From the human T2T-CHM13v2.0 reference genome, Homo sapiens, in assembly GCF_009914755.1 (NCBI RefSeq), contig NC_060928.1: a stretch of DNA of 64,000 nucleotides, one strand, 5' to 3'. Made by a program: the position numbers and the translations under genes. The notes beneath the pieces are model-generated. The model had not been told where the DNA came from, searched no databases, and saw only the letters and a list, made by a program, of their open reading frames with translations. Within the stretch, counting starts at the first letter, position 1; the number at the start of each line of letters is the position of its first letter. Positions 1-12,634 of this stretch are shown here, in pieces.

Positions 1-645
1 GCTCAGTTAAAAATAACATGCTCCTTTGATTCAAAGGAACTAACAGACTGAACAAACAAATACTGCAAACCTATGATCAGATGAGGGTTGGAATCGTGTT
101 TGCCTTTGTATTATCATCCCGTCTTATTATCCCCATTTTATACAACAAGAAATGGAGGCTCAGAAACTGATTTTTCCTCTAAAAGTCACCCGAGGACCAT
201 GAATGCTATTTAAATTTTCTGACCCTATTTCCTCATTTGTAAAATGAGGGTGGTAAAAAAAAAATGTATTGCTTTCATTGGGTTGTGGTAGGGTATTCTT
301 CTTTTTGATTGACAAAAAACCTGTAGGTCAAAAAGGTTTAGTAAGTTGCAGCAGTCATGTAAATAACATGTGGACTTCCCATGCCTCAGCCTCCTGCTTT
401 TTCTCTCCCCACACATGAGAAATGGGCCAAAGGCTTTAAACTTTTAAACACAAGTAGCTTTTAGAGAAGTTTGACCTTCAAGTTTGATGAGAGTTATTTT
501 GCAACATTATGATATGAGAAAAAAATTTATAGATATTTTATCTTTCTGGAACCAAAACCATCTTTTGGAAGACTGTCCTAAATGCACTCTGTTGTACAAT
601 CATCCTTGTAAATATTAAAATTTGCAATTAGGTACAGATTCTCAC

Positions 646-3600
646 CTATGTCACACACATTTTCTTCAGAAGACACAGTAACCATTATGTCTCCTTCCTC
701 AGGGAATGATTTCCTTGTGCTGTTATCATCTCCTGTTTTCTCAGCAGATGCTTGATCAGTCCATTTGCCACTATAATCATTCTTTATAGTCAAGTCCTGC
801 TCACATTTAGGAGCCAACAGAGCTACACTGTAAGTAGCTGGAGGGATCATTGTGTGGGAAGGAGCAATTTTTGATTCTTGGCCAGTAATACATTTGGTGG
901 TACTGGTTTTCAAGTTGTCTTCAGACCCCTGCTGCTCAGCAGGAAGAAAGGAATGCTCAGCCACGGTCCCTTGAACAGGTGGCATGTCATCAGCTTTTAT
1001 AGCACCGGTGTTTACTGCTGCCAAATAGCGAATGCTGACAGAGGGATCCTTAGCCGTCTGCCCAGACGTCTGTTCTGGTCCTCTCAGGTGGGCAGGTGAG
1101 TTAGCATTCCCCTCTAAGCCCCTTCCTGCTGAATAACTTGCTGTGCTACTGCCCCCTGCTGTCCCTGTCTCTGGGCTCTTATCTTCTTTCTGAAGGGAGT
1201 TCAACAATACATTCTTCTCTTCTGCATTTATGAGGTGTAAAGTGCTCTCTTTCTGTCCTCTTCCTGCAAATGGTCCTATTTCGGGGCACTCCTTGCCATG
1301 CTTCTCTTCTTTTTCCGCACAAACAGCACTTGGATGGCCTTGCCCTGCAGAGGGCTTGTGGACTGATGGCCCGTTGTGCCCCTCCTCGGTGCTCACTGCC
1401 AACACGGGACCCAGTTCTTTGCCTCCCCTGACTGGCCCAGGACACCGACAGTTATTCTCAGCAATTAGGCTGGGCATGGGGACCTTGTGCTTGCTCACTT
1501 CTGTGGCTGACAGGTCACCGTTCCCTTCTGGGTTGTCTGCAGTCAGCTGATTCTCTTCATGTCTGTCAATGCTGGCGGAAATTGGCATACATTCTGCTGT
1601 GCTGGTGGAGATGATGGCAGCATCGCTCAAGTCTTCTACTCTTGTGATGGTGAGCCGATCTTCATCCTGGAGGACAGCACCAATCATGACTGCTTCACAC
1701 CCTTCAGAGGTGCTTGTGGAAATCATGGCGGTGTCACCCATCTCTTCCGCTGGTGTGACTGAGGGGTCGCCTTCCTCTTGAGGGACAGCACTGGACACTG
1801 GGCCCTCACAGTCTTCCACCGAGCTCGTAGAGATGATGCCACTCCCGTCTTTTTCTTCCATGACTGTGCCAGCTCGCTCATTTTCACTTTCAACAACTAC
1901 ACCGGAAACAGAAGCCTCACATTCTTCTGCTATGCTAGTGGAAATGAGAGCACATTCATCCTTCTCCTCCTTGCTGGTTGAGGCAAGAGGACTTTCAGCT
2001 TCTGGGGGCGCACTGGGCATAGGCCCCTCAAAGTCGGCGGTGCTTATCAAGACTGGACCTGTAGCCCTTTCTTCCACTGCTGCAGCAACCGGCTGAAGAC
2101 TTTCAGCACACTTGATGGTTGTTGCACTGGAGATAGGCAATTCGAATTCTTCCCCTATGCTTGTGGAAATCATGGCACACTCATCTTTCTCTTCACTTCT
2201 GCTGGCAGTGAGTTGGCTGTCATCTCCTGAGACTGCACTGGGCATGGGGGCCTCAAATTCTTCTGTGGTTACTCTGGTACCTTCCATATTTTCTTCAGTT
2301 CTCAGAGCATCTGAGAGACCTCCTTCCACATCTGTAATTGCGCTTACCTGAGGGGTGTAATCATTTGTGGTACTGGTGGAAATAATCAAAACTTTGCCTT
2401 GATTTTTACCCCCTGCTAAGCTATTCTGGTTGGTAATATCACCACTGGCTGTAGTTGCCATGAGACCATCACACTCTTCATTTTCTACAGAGGTGATGAT
2501 GTCCTCATCTTCTTTTTCACTTGGTGATGTGTGAGCAACTTCACATTCTGGGACTTCACCAGATACAAGAACATCGTAACTACCCCCGACCAGGCCAGTG
2601 GAAATAGTGGTATCTTCAACTTTTTCGAGCTGACTGTCACTTTGATCAGATGCAGCACTAGTCATAGGACCCTCACAACCTCCTGGAACTGGTGTCACTT
2701 CATCCTTTCCTGAGACTGCACTGGTCACACTGCTTTCTACAATCCCTTTTGCACTGGAGCAGATATCTGTGTCTTTACTTCCTTTCTCTGTGCCACTCAT
2801 GCTGTCAACATTATTTTCATTTGCATTCATGATGGCAGCTCCAGCCTCAGCTTCCACATGCTCTACCACAGTACCAATCTGACTGTCCCCTTCTGCACTT
2901 TCACAAATCAAGACCCCTTCACTTTCTTCTCCTAACCCTGTACAAGTTGAAGCATGCCCAATTTCATTTCCTCTTCCAGTACTAGTCACAACATCCTCCC
3001 CTTCCTCGTCTTCCTCTTTTGCGCCTGTGCTAGTCACAATGCCTTCATCATCACAAGGACCAGCAGCAACTAATGGTACATTAGTGCCTTCTTTGGCCAC
3101 TGTGCTGTCCATTGCACTCTCTCCATTTTCTTCCGATTCAGAACTTATAGCAAAGCCTTCGCTGCTATCTTCTGAACCTGTGCAACTTGCTGGCCCCTCT
3201 CCATCTTCTGTTATCCCCGTGCTGGTGACTGCACTCTCACCTTCTGTACCATCATTCACAGAACCATCTCCTTCTTGGCTGGCACTTGTTCCTGGTGGTG
3301 CATCATTATCTCCCAGGACAACACCTGCACCTGTAACCATGCGTTCCTCCCGGGGCCCTGCTCCAGTTACTGAGCAGATCACAAAGTTATCACTTCTGCC
3401 TTCTGCTCCTGTACATGTCACAGTGCCCTCTGTTTCTTTTTTGGGACCCATTCTCATCATATTTCCCTGGGAGCCATCCACCTCTTCACTGCTTATAGAT
3501 CCTGCTCTTATCTCTGTTCCAGCACTTGTAACTGCTCCATCACTTTCAACTTCACTAATAAAAGTAATAGTTCCTTCAACTATTTCTGAGTCTCTACTTA

Positions 3601-6600
3601 AAGAACCATCACATTTTTCTTCAGAGCCTGCACTGGTTACAGCATCATCCTTTTCCTCTGTCACAACGCTATTTACATTGGCTTCGATTTTAACTGCATG
3701 CACAGCCAGTAGGTCTGCTGCTCTGTCCTCAGATTCAGCCACAGCACACTCCCCACTTTCCCCTTCCTTAGTGCTTGTGAGGAAGGTTTCACTTTCAGCA
3801 AATCCCTCTGTGACAACAGCCCCACCTTCTTCAGCTGCAGCAAAAACAGTGCATTCACTGGCTTCTGCACCAACATGAAGAGGATTATTTCTGGAATGTG
3901 TTCCTATTATGAGGCCTTCATCTGCCTCAATGCTGGTGCAAGGCAAAGCCACCTCACTTTGTCTTGTTTCTGAAGAAGTGGTTGTGGCAGGCCCAGCCTT
4001 CACTGGACTTAAGGTGACATCTTTGTCCTTCCCTTCAGTACTAGTGGCAACAGAAGTCTTTTCTGCTCTCCTAGGCCCAGTTGCCACATCCTCAGTTTGT
4101 CCGTTCCTTTGGTGTAAAACAGAGGGTGCAGAGCCACTTCCAGCACTGGTGTCTACCTCACTGTTTTCATTCCTTCTTTCAACATCAATTGATATGTCTT
4201 TTACTTTACCTGGGCTTCTTTTATGCTTAAGTTTGACAGTTTCAGCATATTTTTCTGTATTCAGGCCTACAACATGATCAACAGCAATGCCATCCTTCTT
4301 GCCATTCTCTACTGTTGCTTTAATTGTCTGCTTTAAATTGGGCTCTGCATTTAAGTCATTTTCTTTCTTGGCCATGTCCACTAAGCCACCTTCTTTGGTA
4401 ATATTCTCATTTTCCACAATCACGCCCGTTAACTTACTTCCAAGAGGCATGATTACCTTTCCTTGTTTACCATCCAATAAAGTAGCCTGGTGAGCTTCTG
4501 GAATGTGTCTTTTGCTAGTGATGCTTGCTTTTGCTGGTGTATCTACTGTGAAACCTTCACCACCTTCTTTGCTGTCACTTGTCTTAAGGACTTCTGATTC
4601 CCTAACAGTCAGACTTTGGTTAGGGAGAGCAGAGTGATCCGCAGGGGAGGTGCTGGCTGTGCTACCTTCCAAAACAGTTCTTTTGTCAAACAGAGGAATT
4701 ACATCTGGATCATACGATTCCCTCAGAGGCACAACAGTCACTGAACTTAAGGATGGTGAGGAGTCTAAATTTGTGGAATGTTCAAGAGTGGCATCTCCTT
4801 GAGCAACATGTTCTTCAGCAGCTGTGTTTTTCAAATTCTTCTGTACCCTATCATTTTCTGATGGGGCACTCAGTAACATTCTATGAACAGTTTCAGAATC
4901 TATATTCACTTCAGTAGTTCCTCTATGAATGGGTTCTTTCTCCCCAGGGTTCATTTTGGACACAGCACTTTGTATATGCATTTTCTTGGTCAAGGTGCTT
5001 CTATGATCGGCATGCTTTTCAGAATTACTATTAACTCCTGTTCCACGGCCTGGCTTATAAGCTGGAGCTGTTGCTTTTGAATCTGCTGTGCAAGTTCTCA
5101 ATTCATCCTTTTGAACAGTGGCAGAAGTTTTTTGTTTCATATTTTCAGAGTCAATGTCTTGCTGAGAATTATTATTGCGGTTGTCTTGGGTTTTAGATAC
5201 TTCAAACACATTTTCAACACCTGGCTCAGAATCAATTTCCATTGGCTCTTGTTCAGGGATCAATGTCATATCACCACTCTTTTTTGGTCTCTGAAGGGAG
5301 GAACCGCTGGGAGTGCTCAAAGTGTTTGCTGCTAATTTTTCTTCTCCTTTGGCCATTTCTTGTGACAAGCTTCCTCTCCGATTTTCGCACAACCTTCTAC
5401 TTAATTTCTTTTCCATGAGTGAACTATTACCTCTGGCCTTTTCATGACTACTGTCAACTTCTTTACCATCCTTGTCATCTGATTTATTTTCGTCCTTCTT
5501 TTTTATGTCTTTACTACTATGCTTTAAGCTTCTGCTTTTGTGGCCATCTGACAACTTTCTCTCAAGCCTGGTGGAAGTGGAGTCTTTATCACTCTTATAT
5601 TTCTCCTTTGCTAATGGTAACTTGGCTCTATGACTAGAATCCTTCTGTGTACTATGTGCTGAAGAAGAAGCAGTCTCTAATACAGGTTCAACACCAGTTT
5701 CTTCAAAAGGTTTGTCTTCAACTTTAGACTTACGCTGTTTTTCTGAGTCATTTTCTTCTGTGTTCTTCTCCTTGTCTGGTTTTGGAGTGGTTGCCTGTTT
5801 TGTGGCACCTTCTTGTAATTCTGTTTCTACAACTTTTACCTGTTTGCCTTGAGTTTTTGATTTAGACTTCAACACAAGTTTCTCTTCTAACAAGCTCTTT
5901 GTTCGTCGTTTCTCCTTGTGAACAACCTCTTCTGGTTTCAAATTACTATCCATGTTAGTGGAGTCCATATCACACTTATCTTCCGAATAACTTTCACTTC
6001 TTCTCTGTAATGTGATACCATGTTGCTTGGAACCCAGAGAATCTTTCTGAATTTTAGAATCACTTGACCTTCTTGATTTGTGCTCTGCCTTAGTTTTTTC
6101 AGCTGACAAGCGTCTCTCTTTTTTGTTGTTTTCTTTACGAACATTCTCATCTGTTTTTATAATATATTCAGAAACTGGCTTTCCATCTTTGCCTAATACT
6201 GATAATTTCCTTTCATTCCTATGTTTACTTTTTCGTTCGGTTTTATCATCTGAAGAAAGCTTTGTTTGTTGACTTTGCTTTTGAATATTTTCCTCTACTT
6301 TTAAACCTTTCTCAGAAGAGTGAAGCTCAGTCTCATCACCTGTTTTATGCATACAATCACCTTTATATTTATGTTTCACAGACAATTTGTCTTCCGATGG
6401 AGTTTTCTCTCTTTCAGGCTTCTCCTTGGAGGATTTCACCTCTTTCTTAAGTAGGCTTTTCAAATGTGGTGTTTCAGAATCATCTTTCTTTAGATGCTTT
6501 TCGTTTTTAAGTGTGCTTTTCTGTTTCTGGGGCTCTTCGGTGCAAATTTCTGAGCGTTCTACTTGCCTTTTTACATCTCTTGTGTCAGTCTCTTCCTGTA

Positions 6601-6784
6601 CCCCCTCCATGATAACAGGGGTAGATGTCCGTCTTTTATGTTCTCTTTCTATTTTGGATTCATTTTTGTTTTCGTCAACTACATGCAAAGACTCTGAAAG
6701 TCTCCGGGCAGGTTTACTTGGTTCACTTTTTGCATGAACATGCTTCAGCTCCTTTGAAGAAGAAATTTTTTCCTTTTCACAATG
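646..6784 (-). CDS. BOD1L1: BOD1L1 exon 10, giant internal exon (6139 nt, aa 606 to about 2651), low-complexity and likely disordered
   Basis: Core of the 2106-aa ORF 578..6898. Acceptor ttctttcag|CAT at 6784, donor ATAG|gtgaga at 646. The K/E/S-rich N-terminal half is followed by an acidic G/S/T/E-rich half. Later exons lie outside the window. Confidence 0.97.
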
Positions 6785-6983
6785 CTGAAAGAAAACAAAG
6801 GTTAAAATATGAGAAATACCAAAATCAATTTTTAGATTAAAACATAACATTTGGGTGGATTTAATATGTTGAGTGCTGTCACATATGTAACATCTCACTT
6901 AATTCTTACAAACAGCCTGTGTAGGTGTCAAAAACTCACCTGATTTTAAAAAATAAGTATTATTAACTTGATTTTAAGAAGCT

Positions 6984-8017
6984 AAATTCTTCAAAGAACT
7001 AACAGGAGTTTGCAACAACCATATTTTACAATAAAAAAACTAATTCTAAACAATATGAACAATTTTATGAGATTATTTCTCATAGAGATTTATCACAAAA
7101 TAAAGTTAAATACTTAAAAATATGCCATTAAAACATCAGGAAATTGTAGCTCAGCATGATTCTATAACTTGACACTCAGACCACAAGTAGGTGTGTTAGG
7201 AATGAGTTTAGATTATTTCATTCCGAGTCTAGTACTCCTTCCAGTATATCACAGGCACTGATTTGTCTATGAATTCTTCAATTCTGAATCACTAGAACTC
7301 ACTAATGCCCAGTACTCAATAATAAATATGAGCTGAATAAATGACAGTCAAATGTCCTTTTCAGTCAAAAACATAATACATGAAGGCAATTTAAAATTGA
7401 AATATACTGAAATATAGATTTCCTACATTTTAATTTAAAAAGCTGAATTATGTATGGAAACCTCATGAATTTAGGCTACTTGTACAATATTCTACACATG
7501 AAGCTTCAAATGTACACAATAACGCACAGTAACCATATCATATATAACATATGTATATGTTTATGTATTCAAAAAAAGATACGGAGAGACAAGAGCATCT
7601 AAACCTTCCTTCTGGCCCTGTGGTTTGGCACTAAGTAGGCGATTAATATTAATGAGTGGAGGTTGACTAAATCCACTTCAATAATACTCACTGACTACTA
7701 GCTATAATTATTCTTATGCAAATAATGGGCCAAAGTTCAGACGGACCTTTGTGCCTCTAGGTCAGTTTAACACTTCATCTCCTTAAATGTCAACACAAAG
7801 ATTAATGTACTTCTACTAATAACAGGGTCCAGGACATAACAAGACCTTATTAAATAGCTTAAAATAAAATTCCTCAAAGAACTAACAGGAGTTTGCATCA
7901 ACTTCACAATAAAAAACTAATTCTAAGCAATGTGAATACTATTTTATGAGATAATTTCTTATAGAGAATTATCATAAAAGAAAGTTAAATATTTAAAAAT
8001 ATGTCATTAAGCCATCA
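6984..8017 (+). repeat. Diverged ~150-bp direct duplication in intron 9 (6984-7138 and 7867-8017)
   Basis: Both copies share TCAAAGAACTAACAGGAGTTTGCA...ACTAATTCTAA...ATTTTATGAGAT...AAAGTTAAATA.TTAAAAATATG.CATTAA. Confidence 0.85.
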
Positions 8018-8817
8018 CTATATACTTCTAAATACGCCTTTAATTTCTGAGTAAATAAATTAAATTTATGTTTGCTGATGATGAACAAATAATCACTAAC
8101 ATTGCTTTTTCCCTCTGGAAATATTAAGATAGTTTAGCTACAGAACTACAGATAATGTAGGTTTTTGTAAAAAAGAATTTTAAAACAGTGAAAGCAAAAG
8201 TTTGTCCCACGAAAATAATCCTGAAAGGGGGAAGAAAACATTGTACGTTACTTTTACTGTTTAAAATGATCAAATCTTGGAAACAACCTAAGCGCTAAAA
8301 TATAAGGACATGCTTAAATAAATTATGGTATGTACATTATATGTAACACTAGACAATCATTAAATAATTAGGATGCCTAGAAGGTAACATGAAATGAGTA
8401 AAATGTTAAAAACAGTTTGCCAGATTACTTGTACTCTAAAAAATTATGTGGACCCGTGGATAAGGAATGAGAGGGAATAAAAAGGATAATTTGTTATAGT
8501 GGAGGGATTTTAGATTTTAATTTTAGCCTCCCTTTTTCTTTTTTTGTCATTACTGGCATTTTTGTTATTGCAATTATAAGAAATGGGAAAAGAGAAGAAA
8601 AGTAGCTATTACCTAGATAAACGACAAATATATAAATCAACTCAACAAAATGGGCAATTTGGGACATAACAAAATGGGGTTTCAAAAATGCTGAATGTAA
8701 GTTGACTTTTTATTTGACTTGAAAAAAGTCAAATTACATTCTAAGTTTTACTCCAAAGGAATAAACAGCCTATATCTAACAAAACAGCATTTGAAATGAG
8801 GTTTTATTAAGGCATAC

Positions 8818-8890
8818 CTCACTTGTTTTAAGGGTTTCTTTGGAATCTTCTTCATATTGCTGTTTCTTTTTGGAGTTCTCTTCAACATTC
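8818..8890 (-). CDS. BOD1L1: BOD1L1 exon 9
   Basis: Acceptor cccttag|G, donor GAG|gtatgc; 73 nt; NVEENSKKKQQYEEDSKETLKTSE; restores phase 0 before exon 10. Confidence 0.93.
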
Positions 8891-8985
8891 CTAAGGGGGA
8901 AAGAGTCAAATATAAAGCATGAATCAAATACGAAAATTTTTCAGGAAGGTTGAAAACAATAAAAATCTTTCCTTTACTATAATTT

Positions 8986-9298
8986 TTATTTATCTTATTT
9001 TATTATTATTATTTTTTGAGGTGGAGTCTTGCTCTTGTTGCCCAGGCTGGAGTGCAATCACGCAATCTTGGCTTACTGCAATCTCCGCTCCTGAGTTCAA
9101 GTAATTCTCCTGCCTCAGCCTCCCAAGTAGCTGGGATTACAGGCATACGCCACAATGCCTGGCTAATTTTGTATTTTTAGTAGAGACAGGGTTTCACCAT
9201 GTTGGTCAGGCTGGTCTCAAACTCCTGACCTCATGTGTTCCACCCGCCTCTGCCTCCCGAAGTGCTGGGATTAAAGGCGTGAGCCACCGCGCCCAGCT
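8986..9298 (-). mobile_element. AluS in BOD1L1 intron 8
   Basis: Full Alu dimer; TSD TTTACTATAATTT. Confidence 0.93.
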
Positions 9299-10230
9299 GT
9301 TTACTATAATTTATACACTTGATCGACAAATGCAGACTTGTTACATTTCAATTTAAATCCTATCAATTATTGGTCAACAAAGGAGAGCACAATCCCAAAC
9401 ATAGCATTAACTGTTCTTGGTGCTAAAGGAAAGTACAGCTGAAACAAAAATTCCTAATTTGTTGCTTAAAGATGAATGCTTTATGGGCTATAATTACACT
9501 TCAAAATTACTATCTTTTGAGTAAAGAGGGCAGTCTTATTTATTCAGATCAATAAGGATGAGAGGTAATAATAGTAAGAAATTTGAGAGCTTACTACTCT
9601 TACCAAGTTCTGCAAATTATCAAATCAGTTATCCTGAAGTCTGTGATAAATTTACATAAATGCAACTTGATGGAATAGCAAAATTGCAGCCCATGGCTCA
9701 CATGACTTCATAGCTACCCTCAAGAGTCTCTTTAGCTTTCTAATTCTTAAGAAGTTAACGATGATAATGCAGGGTTAATAAGGAATCTGGCCCAGATTCT
9801 GGGTTGGGGGAGAATCATGGAATACTGGTAAAAATAACGGCATGGAAAGACTGGAAATAATAATTGAAAATAAGTGGTTACTGAACACCAACAAGAGGAA
9901 TACCTCCAGGGAACTTCTAGAGGATTCATAAACTCTTAAAGTCTAGGGATAATTGTTAGCTTATGCATGTACATTTTTCAGGGGAGAGGGTCTAAAGCTC
10001 TCACCAAATTATCAAAAAGATCTGGGACGCCCAAAAAGATTAGGATACACTACTTAGAAATGTTATAGATATTAACATTTTGATACTAAATATGAAACCC
10101 TAAGGTCCTTCATAAACATGCAGTAACATACACAACCAAAGTACAACTCTTTACTGTCACTTCAATTCCTCTCTTCTGAAAGCACCCAGGGGAGTGTTAT
10201 AAGGGAAACATGACCAGATAAAATATGTAC

Positions 10231-10369
10231 CTTGAATCTTTTTTTCTCTTTTTGCTTAAGGCTACTTTTTTTTCTAAAACTTTCCGTTCTTTAAGGACTT
10301 CTTTAATTCTGGCGGCTTTAGGTTCCAAACTCTTTGTTGATGATTCTTCTAAGTCCACACTACTCCTGC
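10231..10369 (-). CDS. BOD1L1: BOD1L1 exon 8
   Basis: Acceptor ttctag|GC, donor AG|gtacat; 139 nt; RSSVDLEESSTKSLEPKAARIKEVLKERKVLEKKVALSKKRKKDS, which includes a basic NLS-like KKRKK. Confidence 0.94.
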
Positions 10370-10995
10370 CTAGAAAAGAAGCAATCAATAAAACGTATTT
10401 CAGAAAAGTTTTACAAACAATGTAATATTAATTTTTCATTAAGATTTTTCTAATCATTGTTAAAGCCAAAATGGCTTTAATATTCTTAAGTTGTGCTGGA
10501 ATAGATATAATATTTTGGATGAAGAAGTCTTATCTCTCTTATTTCAAATGATCACATAAGTGTGTGTATGTGTGATTTCATATATTACATAGGATTAGTG
10601 CCCAGAGGGAATACAATTTTGTTCAACACAATATTACAGGGAAATGTTTGACATTTTAGTTAACATAAGCATAGATTAATTTCATTAATCACCAGCAAGG
10701 GTTGATAACTCATGTGTTAACAATCTACTTTCCAGTGATTCAATCATTACAGAAAAATATACTGCTAACAAATGAGTTGCATAAGCTGGTTTCTGGTAAA
10801 ATGTTTAATTTAGATTTAGCAATTTAATAAAAAAGAAAAATGATGAAACACATGAGATTAAAACGTAAGGAAATCTTCCACATTTGAGACTAGATCATTT
10901 TATTTTATATTCATGTCTCATAAGTAATATAAGAGTACCCAGAAAATAATGAAATATATGAGATAGTTTAAAATATTAAAAGTTGACATCTATAC

Positions 10996-11107
10996 CTTGA
11001 CCCTTGGTTTTTGAAGACTTTGTCTTTTCTGCTTTCTGTTTTCGTTTTTCTTCAAGTTTTTCTCTATTGATTTGCCTTCTTAAAAGCCTCTCTTCTTTTT
11101 CTTTGGC
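10996..11107 (-). CDS. BOD1L1: BOD1L1 exon 7 (charged, coiled-coil-like)
   Basis: Acceptor ttttag|GCC, donor G|gtatag; 112 nt; AKEKEERLLRRQINREKLEEKRKQKAEKTKSSKTKGQ. Confidence 0.94.
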
Positions 11108-12111
11108 CTAAAACCACAAAATACCCTAACAGATTATTAGGCAAAGGCAAAAACACACTGAAAAATTGTATTTTTTTTAAAGTTTTAGTTTACCCTTCAG
11201 ATGTTCTTACAAATTAACGGGCTCTGAAAAAATGCACATACACTACATATATATACACACATTTATCTCTGTGTGTATACATACATATGTATGTGTATGT
11301 TTCAATCTAGAAGCTACCAGAATAGAAGAAACAGATGTGAAAATTTGCCATTACTCTTTAAGAATGCCATTAAAGAAAGGGAAAGGTATAATTTTGGGGA
11401 AAAGTGATTAAATAAGCTGGTTGTTTCAATTAAAATGATAGCTGTGAAAATATCTATGAACATCAAGTATATATAGGTAGGTGTTTATAACTTTTCAACT
11501 GTTCTTATAGAAAACAGTTGAAATAAAAATTCAAGTGATAGGCTAGTTCTACAACATATATGACTTGCTGGTTATACGCTTGGGACCCAAGGGACTCAGG
11601 ACTTGCAGGTCTTTTACAGCAGAAAGAATTCACAGTCATTGTGCTATTCCTACTATCTCTTTCTGGCTCAGAGTGCCAAAAATCCTAAGCAGGTGCATAA
11701 CTTCTAACCAAGTAACGTTTTCAAAAGATAAGCCTGAAGGGAAGGCTAATCACTACTAGCATTTTGGGGTAGTTTCTTCAAATCATTTTCCTATGTGACA
11801 ATATTTCCTGATTCTGAACTTTTCATATTTTACAACTTTTCATATTTTAATGTTTCTGAAATTGTAAGCTATCTTAAAACCAATATACATATGTAACAAT
11901 AAGGTAGTAATTTTCTTTAAAAAGCTGTTATTAATTCAGTGGTACATTTTATAATTGGAAATATTTTTGAATCCAAGAAATAGGTAAATAGCATTTCCAT
12001 ATCAATAGTATGTTAATAGCTGCATACTGTATTTTTGCAGGACTGGATCTACACTTGATTTAAACATTTCCATACTGTGAAGCACTCAGGTTGTTACCAG
12101 TTTCACTACTA

Positions 12112-12445
12112 CAGGTTGAGCATCCCTCATCTGAAAATCTTAACTCTTTGAGCACTGACATGCTGTCACAAGTGGAAAGTTCCACACCTGACTTCATGTG
12201 ACAGGTGGCAGTCAAAATGCAGTCAAAACTTTGTTTCATGCACCAAATTATGAAAAACATTGTATCGAATACTCTTCAGGCTATGTGCATATACATATAA
12301 GAAACACAAAGGAATTTCATGTTTAGACTTGCATTCCATCCCTAAGATTTGTCACTATGTATATGCGAATATTCCAAATTGTGAAAAATTCCAAAATTTG
12401 AAACACCTCTGGTCCCACCCATTTCGGATAAGGGATATTCACTTG
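12112..12445. mobile_element. MER46/Tigger4-type TcMar DNA transposon fossil
   Basis: TA|CAGGTTGAGCATCCCT...AAGGGATATTCACTTG|TA terminal inverted repeats with a TA duplication. Confidence 0.8.
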
Positions 12446-12634
12446 TATTAGTAATGATGACACAAACATCTCTGTCACATGTTTACATCTACTCTACCTA
12501 GTTAAATGACAAGTTTCCTGAAGGCAAATCCTGTATGTCTCTGCTTCATATGCACATCAGTACCTTGCAGATAGACTATTTAAGTTTGTTAACCTGATGT
12601 AGTAGGTTAAAATAACAGAACAAACTGGACTTAC

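Noticed and set aside
3027-3878. 283-aa plus-strand ORF antisense to exon 10, and similar overlapping ORFs
   Set aside because: It has a GTG start and lies in codon register with the sense frame. Its S/P/L/T/V composition is the mirror of E/G/T/S codons, and there is no independent promoter evidence.
578-6898. 2106-aa ORF as a single-exon gene
   Set aside because: It starts at an intronic GTG and runs through canonical splice sites at 6784 and 646. The terminal 38 and about 22 residues are intron read-through. It is BOD1L1 exon 10.
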